A stretch of DNA of 64,000 nucleotides, from positions 45,094-109,093 of the IMG/VR virus record IMGVR_UViG_3300037805_000525; one strand, written 5' to 3'. Within the stretch, counting starts at the first letter, position 1. The number at the start of each line of letters is the position of its first letter. The DNA comes from a virus. This document shows positions 57,254-64,000 of this stretch, piece by piece. The notes beneath the pieces are model-generated. The model was not told where the DNA came from. It was given only the letters and a program-made list of their open reading frames with translations, and did no database searches. Position numbers and translations under genes: made by a program.

Positions 57254-58645
57254 CTACTGCGCGGTCTGCTGGGGATTTGCCGGTACGGCGTTGTCCGCGG
57301 TCGGCTGCTGGCCCAGGCCTGCCCCGTTCGACGCGGCGGGGCCCTGAGGCGCCCCTTGTGGCGCCATGCCGGGAGGGGCCATGCCGGGCGGAGGCCCCAT
57401 GCCCTGCGGAGGCATACCGGGAGGCACCATGCCGGGCGGTAGTGCGGTAGGCATGTCCAGGCCAGGAGGGGGTGCTGAAAACAGGCCTGCCGCGCCCGTG
57501 AGCTGCTCGTCGCTGCCGGTGAGGTATCCCAGCAGGTTCGAGTTCGTACCGACCGCCTGGTTGATGAGCATCTGCACCTCTGTAAGGCGCCCAACAATCC
57601 CGTTCAGGTCTTGCACGAGTCCTGGGACGGGCATGCCCATACCGGGGGCCATACCGGGAGGGGCCATACCGGGAGGGGCCATGTTCGGATCCATGCCGGG
57701 AGGGGCCATGTTCGGATCCATGCCGGGAGGGGCCATGTTCGGATCCATGCCGGGAGGCGGCATTCCTGCCTGTGGAGGGGGCGGTGCCATCGCGCCAGGC
57801 ATACCCTGTCCGACGTTCGGCGTGGAGGTCATCCCGGGGCCCACGACGACGTTCGGTGCGCGAGGCGGGGACTCGCTGAACATCTCGCTCGGGTCCACGC
57901 CAGCTTGCGCCATCGTGTCGTTAGACCGGCTACCGCGCCGCGCAAGTTTACACACGCCAGACAAGCGCGAGTCGATGAGCGCGCGTAGGCCGTGCGACGG
58001 GTTACCTGCGAGGACGAGATCGCCAACGCTCTCTGGGGGCAACCCCTGATCCTCGTGGAGCTGCTGCGCGGCGTGCTTCAGCATCCCAAACTTGCGGTTG
58101 AAGTCGGAGGTGTACTGCGCACGCAGGACGCGCGCTTCGCTGACACCATGGCTGATCTTTTCGAACAACGCGGACCGCTCGTAATCCGTGAGCGGTTCCG
58201 CCGATGCGGTCTTCTCCACCGCGTCGTCGGACAGCCAGGCGCGCACAGAGTTAACTGCGGCGGACTTCTCGAGGCGCGCTGCCGCGGTCTTGATCGCAGC
58301 TGGGCTCGGCGTCTTTGGTGCAGCCACGGGCACAGCCTTCAATTTCTCAGTGACTGAGGCCACCGCGACCTTTGGGTTAACGACGGGAAACGACACGTTC
58401 CCGGTTGCGTCGGGCATCCGCAGCGCGAGGAAGGTCTGGACGTTTGCGGCCTCCGCCAGCCGGGTTGTTTGGTCCCGGTTGAAGCCCTGATCGCGTGCGA
58501 TCTTGACGACAGACTCGAGCAGCGGGGTCTGGTTTGTCCTGAAGGCGTTTGCGGCCTGCTTGGCGAAGTCAGCGATCTCGCGCTCGGAGAACGCGCGCTG
58601 GCCCGACCCGACAAGGCTACGTAGTGATGTGTTTAGGGACTCCAC
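57254..58645 (-). CDS. Head-associated protein with many KxA motifs and a Pro/Gly/Met low-complexity C-terminus
   Basis: AGGAG-N7-GTG start at 58645; KQAA, KIAR, KTAA, EKSAA, EKTAS, KHAA, KLAR. Confidence 0.7.
   Translation of the reverse strand: MESLNTSLRSLVGSGQRAFSEREIADFAKQAANAFRTNQTPLLESVVKIARDQGFNRDQTTRLAEAANVQTFLALRMPDATGNVSFPVVNPKVAVASVTEKLKAVPVAAPKTPSPAAIKTAAARLEKSAAVNSVRAWLSDDAVEKTASAEPLTDYERSALFEKISHGVSEARVLRAQYTSDFNRKFGMLKHAAQQLHEDQGLPPESVGDLVLAGNPSHGLRALIDSRLSGVCKLARRGSRSNDTMAQAGVDPSEMFSESPPRAPNVVVGPGMTSTPNVGQGMPGAMAPPPPQAGMPPPGMDPNMAPPGMDPNMAPPGMDPNMAPPGMAPPGMAPGMGMPVPGLVQDLNGIVGRLTEVQMLINQAVGTNSNLLGYLTGSDEQLTGAAGLFSAPPPGLDMPTALPPGMVPPGMPPQGMGPPPGMAPPGMAPQGAPQGPAASNGAGLGQQPTADNAVPANPQQTAQ
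57669..57757. repeat. Exact 27-bp tandem repeat x3.3 encoding MDPNMAPPG
   Basis: Unit CCGGGAGGGGCCATGTTCGGATCCATG. Confidence 0.95.
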
Positions 58646-58742
58646 GAACAAACTCCTGTGCGCAATCTCTATCAGAGAATAGTACCGCAAATGCGTGTGC
58701 TGGGAGAGTGGGTGCTCTCTGTGGGGGCGCCCCTGCCGAAAT

Positions 58743-58757
58743 TATCACACTGTGATA
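58743..58757. promoter_or_regulatory. Palindromic site 13 (extends to AATTATCACACTGTGATAATT)
   Basis: Perfect palindrome between terL and the next head gene. Confidence 0.85.
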
Positions 58758-58774
58758 ATTGCTGGGTGCGCCAG

Positions 58775-60556
58775 CTAGCGCGGACTATCCGGTACGAGAA
58801 TCTCCGGGTTAGGGAACACAGTGAGTAGCGCGAGCATCGCGTAGATCATGCTGTGCAATGTGTCGTCTGACGTGCCTGGGCGCTTCTGGATGATGGGGCG
58901 GGTGCCCTGGCGGGTCATCTCTGCGAACACCGCGAGCAGGTCGGTCATAAACGGGTCCACAATGGAGTCCCACGACGGTAGGCGTATGTACGTCTTTTTG
59001 TACACGGCGTACACAAAGCGCATGATGATTTCTGTGCGGTTCACCATGAACCTGTTCAACTTGGTGTCGAAGTACAAAAGCGACGCGCCGCAGTACTGAT
59101 ACGTGATGACGCGCTGTGGGCCTAGCAGCTTCACTAGCTCGTAGTTTTTGTCGTAGCCGCCGCCGTAGTCAGAGCCCACTAACTGCACGTTGAACTGCTT
59201 TACGATCTTCATGATCTCAGGGATCAGCTTGTCTATGTGCGACTCGTGCGCCAAGAATCGGCGGAAGTACACGTACTGCATCTTGCCGCCCAGCATCATG
59301 ACCACCGTGACCAGCGTGTACGATGCGGCTTCGCCCGTACCCCAGTCGACCCCCATGAATGCCGGTCCGCGCCCAGCGAACTTGTGACCATCCTTTAGGT
59401 GGAACCCAGACAGGCAGTTTGGGAGGATCTTCTCCTTCGGCAGAAGCTTATCCGAGGAGTCGTGCGCGAGCCCCATGATCTCGTTCATGAACTCCGCGAC
59501 AGGATAGTTCTCCAGCTTGTCCCGTACGTCAGCCCACTCAACGCGCGGCGACACTACCTGCGGGATCCTGTACCCCTCAAAGCGCGTGTTCGGGTCCGTC
59601 TCGTTCAGCCACTTACGGGAACGGGCAGACACCCACTCAGCGTTCTCCGAATCCTGCGGGTGGAGCTGTGCGCTGCACCGCTCGCACACCAGGAAGTTGA
59701 GGCCGATGTTTTTCATCGACGTGATGTTCCAGTGGTTGCAGTGCGTGCAGCGCATTGCCCACTCGTACTTTGTGGACCGCTCCTCCCAGTAGTAGTTGAT
59801 TGGGTTGTCCGTTGACTTGGGCGTGCCTGCGTAGATCTCGTACTTGTACATTGACGTGAACAAGGTCTCGCGGATAACAGGGAGGAGCTCTGCGAGTATG
59901 TCTTGCAGCTCGTCTACCGCAAGAAGGTCTGCGGACAGGCCTCGGACACGGTCCGCGTTATGCCTGGCGTAGCTGAGCGTAAGTACGCTGTCCGACATGA
60001 ACCGCTTAGTGAACATGTTGTCGGTGAGCTTGTTGCCGCGCGCGGACCCCTTGAATACCTGCAGCTCTGGGCTGAATCGGATGGGGTCGGAGACTCTGAA
60101 GGACGAGAACCGCTTCGTCTGCGTCTCGGACGGAGAGATGTACAGCGTCCTGAAGTTGGGGCGCAGACAGCTGTGCGCGATTATCTTGTTCCCGACTGTC
60201 GTCGACTTCGCCACCTGGCGTGCGCACATGTACAGCTGGCGGCGCCCAGACGAGTTATAGGGCTGCACTAGGTACGGTTGGTCGGCGATCGAAAAGGGCA
60301 CAAGGCTGCTATCGGCCAGGTCGTCTCGGTCCTGCTGCGTTAGCTGTACGTCGTCCTCGAACCCAGCGTACTCGGCCGTACCTTCCTCCGCAGCCTTTAT
60401 GAGCGCGGCGTTCGGGATACGAATCGCCTCCTGCACCCAGTCCGCTACCGGCACGCGGATCACCTCCATGTTGGCGATCCGCTCCCTGGCCGAGTTAGTA
60501 GCGTCACCACCCCATCTGCCCAGCGTAGCCGCGTCGTCTGCCTTATAAATCTTCAT
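58775..60556 (-). CDS. terL: Terminase large subunit (start uncertain; frame open to 60820)
   Basis: Walker A ARQVAKST, Walker B LAVDE, coupling motif AGTP, CxxC..CxxC finger, RNase H-like GVDWG and DDTLHS. Confidence 0.9.
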   Translation of the reverse strand: MKIYKADDAATLGRWGGDATNSARERIANMEVIRVPVADWVQEAIRIPNAALIKAAEEGTAEYAGFEDDVQLTQQDRDDLADSSLVPFSIADQPYLVQPYNSSGRRQLYMCARQVAKSTTVGNKIIAHSCLRPNFRTLYISPSETQTKRFSSFRVSDPIRFSPELQVFKGSARGNKLTDNMFTKRFMSDSVLTLSYARHNADRVRGLSADLLAVDELQDILAELLPVIRETLFTSMYKYEIYAGTPKSTDNPINYYWEERSTKYEWAMRCTHCNHWNITSMKNIGLNFLVCERCSAQLHPQDSENAEWVSARSRKWLNETDPNTRFEGYRIPQVVSPRVEWADVRDKLENYPVAEFMNEIMGLAHDSSDKLLPKEKILPNCLSGFHLKDGHKFAGRGPAFMGVDWGTGEAASYTLVTVVMMLGGKMQYVYFRRFLAHESHIDKLIPEIMKIVKQFNVQLVGSDYGGGYDKNYELVKLLGPQRVITYQYCGASLLYFDTKLNRFMVNRTEIIMRFVYAVYKKTYIRLPSWDSIVDPFMTDLLAVFAEMTRQGTRPIIQKRPGTSDDTLHSMIYAMLALLTVFPNPEILVPDSPR

Positions 60557-60629
60557 CGGAGGTGGTGCGCGTGGAAGGTGTACATGGCGGGGAGCATAGC
60601 GTACCCGCACAGTGTGTTGGGCGGGTTTT

Positions 60630-61256
60630 CTACGCGCCTGCTGCGGCACGCGCTCGGATGAGGCGGTCATTGATCTCGCTGGTCCGGCGCTGGGCTGCGC
60701 GCTCGGCAGCGGTTGTCCCGTCGTGCCCCGGGCGCATGTCGCGCCCGGTAACACGGCCAGCCAGCCCCACTGCCGCATCGACAGGCGAGGGGATATTCCA
60801 GCGCTTGACCTCGTCAACAAGCGAGTTTCCGTAGTCCAGCGCCTTCTCTCCGTAGCCTCTGCGAGAGAGGCGCCGCGCCTCGGCCACCTCAGCTTGATCG
60901 CGGAGAGCGCGCTTTTGTGCGGCCATGGCCTTACGGACCTTCGCGGCCCGGTGCTGCGCGATCATGATGTTGCGGCCTTCGCGCATGAGGCGATCTCCGT
61001 CCGCGGTGTTGCGCTCATGCTGTGTTGCGTTGTCACCGCGAGGGCCAATGTCGCGCCCCATCGCCTTGGAGATCCCGCGCTCCAGAAGGTCCACCGCGCC
61101 CGTACGTGCGTTCTCGACGTGGCGCCCGATCGTCTTCCCAGACTCGGACAGGAAGCCGCCCACGTTGTCGAGCGTTACGTCGTCCATCGAGAACGCGAGT
61201 TTGGTGGCGTGGCGCAAGAAGCGCGGATCGAAAACGCTGGCTCGTTGGTCTGGCAT
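60630..61256 (-). CDS. FDPR-leader family protein, type A
   Basis: GGAGG SD; MPDQRASVFDPRFLRHATKLAFS; paralogue of 63390..63845. Confidence 0.8.
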   Translation of the reverse strand: MPDQRASVFDPRFLRHATKLAFSMDDVTLDNVGGFLSESGKTIGRHVENARTGAVDLLERGISKAMGRDIGPRGDNATQHERNTADGDRLMREGRNIMIAQHRAAKVRKAMAAQKRALRDQAEVAEARRLSRRGYGEKALDYGNSLVDEVKRWNIPSPVDAAVGLAGRVTGRDMRPGHDGTTAAERAAQRRTSEINDRLIRARAAAGA

Positions 61257-61319
61257 TAGAGGCACCTCCGGTATTGGTGTGCCTAGGATAGCATGTGGCG
61301 GGTGCTTCGGCTGGCGGGG

Positions 61320-62096
61320 CTACCGACGGGCCTTGCTCTTCGCATACGCTGCGCGTGCCGCGCGTGTACGTGGGCCTACGATCCCGTCGATACCGCCGAC
61401 GTCGAACCCTGCGTCCTTGAGGCGCTTCTGCTCCGCCTTGATTGCGCTAATCCGGCTTTTGCTTGGGCGTCGGTGACGGGGCTTCGTACCACCCGCGCCG
61501 GAGTACGGCGGTGTCTTCGCGGGAGCCTTCTTTGGCGCCTGCGAGTATCCGCCGCGGTTGGTGGGCTGTACGCTCTGGATCTCCTCCGAGTAGTTCTTCT
61601 CCGGAGCGTCCTTTGGCATGGACATGTTCGGCATGCTGCGGTTGGGTGCGTCCTTGTCCCGCGGCATGGACATGTTCGGGCCCTCGGCGGGAGTTCCGAT
61701 GCTCATGGGCGGGTTCCTACGCTTCGGTGCCGGCTTACGCTTCGGTGCCGGCTTGGGGAGTCGGCGGTTCGTCCCACGCATGGTGGCGGTTGTGCCTTGG
61801 CGCTTTGGCTTGCCCGGCTCGAGGTTCGCGCGTAGACGTGCCTTGGCGCTCTCCCAGGACGTAGGGTTCGCACTCCCAGCGGGGAGGGGCGCTTTCGGCT
61901 TCTTAGGGAACCCGCGAACACTGGTCGACGCGGGGTTCCTGCGCCCAAGGTCCGTACGTGCAGCGGGCGTGTCCGGCCTAGCTTGCGCCTTGAGCGCGCG
62001 CCGGGCTGCGTACACGGAGTCCTCGGACTCCGCGGCAAGCTTGGTTACCTGGCGCAAGAAGCGTGGATCGAAAACGCTGATCATTTGGTCGGACAT
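61320..62096 (-). CDS. FDPR-leader family protein, type B, with C-terminal peptidoglycan-binding-like domain
   Basis: MSDQMISVFDPRFLRQVTKLAA; disordered Pro/Lys/Arg linker; Q..L..AG...G.IDGIVGPRT.AA motif of PG_binding_1. Confidence 0.75.
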   Translation of the reverse strand: MSDQMISVFDPRFLRQVTKLAAESEDSVYAARRALKAQARPDTPAARTDLGRRNPASTSVRGFPKKPKAPLPAGSANPTSWESAKARLRANLEPGKPKRQGTTATMRGTNRRLPKPAPKRKPAPKRRNPPMSIGTPAEGPNMSMPRDKDAPNRSMPNMSMPKDAPEKNYSEEIQSVQPTNRGGYSQAPKKAPAKTPPYSGAGGTKPRHRRPSKSRISAIKAEQKRLKDAGFDVGGIDGIVGPRTRAARAAYAKSKARR

Positions 62097-62245
62097 CGGT
62101 GGTGTCTCCGCGGTTGGTGCCACTAGGGTAGCACGCGGAAAGACGGGTACGGTGGGGTGCCGTCTAGTTGCCTGCCATGAGGGGCATGGTGCGCGCGCTG
62201 CTCACGTACGGGCGCGGTGCGCTATTCTGTTGCGCCGATGGCTTC

Positions 62246-62352
62246 TAGGCAGGATTGGGCCGCGTTCGGGCTACCGGCGCTGGGCTGCGAGCGCTCGGCG
62301 AGAGACGCCTGCTTCCTCGCCGCCGTCGCTCGAGCTGCCGTAGGGGTTGCGC
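62246..62352. repeat. 107-bp direct repeat, copy 1
   Basis: Identical to 63894..64000. Confidence 0.95.
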
Positions 62353-63359
62353 AGCTTGCGCGGATCAAACTTCGTAGCCACCGGCGCAGCTGGGTTATGC
62401 CCATACGCCATACGATCCATGCGCGACTTGAGTGCGCTGTTGCGTGCGAATGCCGCCCGCGCGGCGCGCGTCTTCGGGCCAACGATCCCATCAGCCGCGA
62501 CGCCGAGACGCCTCTGCTCGGCCTTAATCGCGTTGATCTTGGCGCGGCTCAGGCGGCTGCGGCGCCTGGGCGCTTTCTTGGGCGTTGCAGCCGCAGGTGC
62601 GGCTGCCGGGCTGGCCGGCGTTGCACCAGACCCGGGCGGTACGTGCACAGGCCCCGCGTTCGTACTCATGTTCGCGTTGGCAGGAGATGAGCTCTGCGCG
62701 GGAGTGGATGGCTTGAATGCGGGCTTGGGCGCTGACGACATGTTCGGCGCGGACTGCGGACTACTTCCTGAGGAGGCCGGTGGCGCGAACACAGGCCCCG
62801 CGTTCGTACTCATGTTCGCATTGGCAGGTGACATGCCTCCCCTGCTGGGCGCAGGTTTACTGCTCGTGGCGGGCGTAGGAGTGGCGGGCGTAGGCTTGCC
62901 GAGCGGGGCGCCGGGCGTAGGCTTGTCCGTCCACCTGTTAGGGACGCTCCCGGACGTTTGGGGGCGGGGCTGGCCCCACCTGTTAGGGACGGCGCGCGGC
63001 TTGGGCGGCGTCGCCGAGCTGATGCCGCGTCGGCGCGTTGTGGGTGGGTTGACGTTCCCGCTGGCCGCGGAGGATGCCGCACCGGAGATTGGCGCGGCAG
63101 CGGACTGCATCATATTGCTGAGCCAGCCGCCCTTGGTAGGTCCGGCCCCGCTAACGTTCGAGGCTGCACCGGACTGGGCACGGTTTGCCTGCGTCTTCTG
63201 GTACGGCGTTAGCGGTGCAGCAGGCACGGCGGGCGGTATGCGCCTGGGGGTAACCCCACGATTGGCCTGTGTCTGCTGGTACGGTGTTAGCGGCGCGGCC
63301 ACCTTCACGAGGTGCCGCATGAAGCGCGGGTCAAAAACGCTGACGTCTTGGTCTTCCAT
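62271..63359 (-). CDS. FDPR-leader family protein, type B, with peptidoglycan-binding-like domain
   Basis: MEDQDVSVFDPRFMRHLVKVAA; internal duplications; EQRRLGVAADGIVGPKTRAA. Confidence 0.75.
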   Translation of the reverse strand: MEDQDVSVFDPRFMRHLVKVAAPLTPYQQTQANRGVTPRRIPPAVPAAPLTPYQKTQANRAQSGAASNVSGAGPTKGGWLSNMMQSAAAPISGAASSAASGNVNPPTTRRRGISSATPPKPRAVPNRWGQPRPQTSGSVPNRWTDKPTPGAPLGKPTPATPTPATSSKPAPSRGGMSPANANMSTNAGPVFAPPASSGSSPQSAPNMSSAPKPAFKPSTPAQSSSPANANMSTNAGPVHVPPGSGATPASPAAAPAAATPKKAPRRRSRLSRAKINAIKAEQRRLGVAADGIVGPKTRAARAAFARNSALKSRMDRMAYGHNPAAPVATKFDPRKLRNPYGSSSDGGEEAGVSRRALAAQRR

Positions 63360-63389
63360 CTAAGTACTCCGGTGAAGGCGGTTAGCGAA

Positions 63390-63845
63390 TTACAGCTGCT
63401 GCCCGAGCAGCCGCTGGATGTCGATCTTCGACGGACCGTAGCCGCCCAGGACGCCGGGTCCCGCGGGGCGCGGACGGAACGTGTCGGCTTTTCGCGGCAC
63501 GTACCCCTCGGACATTTGGCGCAGTGCGCCTCGCGCACCACGGTGCCGTGCGTAGCGCTGCTTGTCACGGTTAGCCACGAACGCTGCGCCTCGGCGTGAG
63601 GCGGCGCGTGCGAGTCCCCGCTGCACGTTTGTCATGTTGTCGCCGTCGACGTCCCGCCCCGCGAAGCTGGACAGCGCGCGCTCTAGCTTCGTGGAGGCGT
63701 TGTCGGCCCACCGCCTAGCGCCAGTACCCACCTCGCTGGCGAACCCCTTGAGGTTGTCGAGCGTGAGATCTTCCATAGAGAAGGCGAGTTTCGTGGCGTG
63801 CCGCAGGTGGCGCGGGTCAAATACGCTGACATTCTGCTCAGGCAT
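63390..63845 (-). CDS. FDPR-leader family protein, type A
   Basis: MPEQNVSVFDPRHLRHATKLAFS. Confidence 0.8.
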   Translation of the reverse strand: MPEQNVSVFDPRHLRHATKLAFSMEDLTLDNLKGFASEVGTGARRWADNASTKLERALSSFAGRDVDGDNMTNVQRGLARAASRRGAAFVANRDKQRYARHRGARGALRQMSEGYVPRKADTFRPRPAGPGVLGGYGPSKIDIQRLLGQQL

Positions 63846-63893
63846 GTTGGGCTCCAGTACTGGTGCCCAAAGAATAGCATGTAGGCGGGTGGG

Positions 63894-64000
63894 TAGGCAG
63901 GATTGGGCCGCGTTCGGGCTACCGGCGCTGGGCTGCGAGCGCTCGGCGAGAGACGCCTGCTTCCTCGCCGCCGTCGCTCGAGCTGCCGTAGGGGTTGCGC
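63894..64000. repeat. 107-bp direct repeat, copy 2; 3' end of a further paralogue truncated by the window edge (stop at 63919)
   Basis: Identical to 62246..62352 up to the window end. Confidence 0.9.

Noticed and set aside
2167-58757. Reading the 15-bp palindromes as CRP/FNR sites, canonical parS or CRISPR repeats
   Set aside because: Half-sites are in the opposite order and spacing to CRP (TGTGA-N6-TCACA); the sequence differs from TGTTTCACGTGAAACA; copies are kilobases apart with no spacer array or cas genes
54381-60556. Portal protein expected between terminase and protease
   Set aside because: None of the three intervening ORFs shows portal-like size or motifs; the portal is presumably encoded outside the window
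60557-60820. N-terminal extension of terL in the ORF track
   Set aside because: Overlaps gene 60630..61256 in another frame and has non-protein-like composition
1-64000. tRNA/rRNA genes, introns, inteins, alternative genetic code
   Set aside because: None recognised by eye; long genes are intact in the standard code, with TAG, TGA and TAA all used as stops. tRNAscan or Infernal would be needed to exclude small RNAs.

Overview
This window is a 64-kb, GC-rich segment of a large contractile-tailed (myovirus-type, probably jumbo) bacteriophage genome. No rRNA, tRNA, CRISPR array or transposon was recognised. The minus strand carries a morphogenesis region read right to left: a tandem family of putative internal head proteins, large terminase, prohead protease, scaffold-like proteins, major capsid, neck proteins, a very large tail sheath, tail tube, a frameshifted tail chaperone pair, tape measure, baseplate proteins and a sigma70-family factor. 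Plus-strand islands of non-structural genes interrupt it: a NUDIX hydrolase, an integrase-SAM-like protein, a ParB with a histone-H1-like tail, a Ycf46-type AAA ATPase/DUF2997/radical SAM/DUF1257 cassette and lysis-like genes. Four signals stand out. (1) A 15-bp palindrome, TATCACA-N-TGTGATA, occurs 13 times, mostly 3.6-6.1 kb apart and both inside and between genes, with its longest copy at the parB promoter; this suggests a KorB/parS-like genome-wide lattice. (2) A K-x-A-[A/S] motif pervades head-associated proteins and looks like the prohead-protease cleavage code. (3) An N-terminal (V/I)FDPRxxRxxxK-x-A leader is shared by five otherwise diverging proteins and is a candidate capsid-targeting signal. 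(4) A CAA(A)-N15-GG(T/C)ATAAG promoter precedes six plus-strand units and may be read by a virion-packaged phage sigma factor. All functional calls come from motif recognition by eye; no database search was run.
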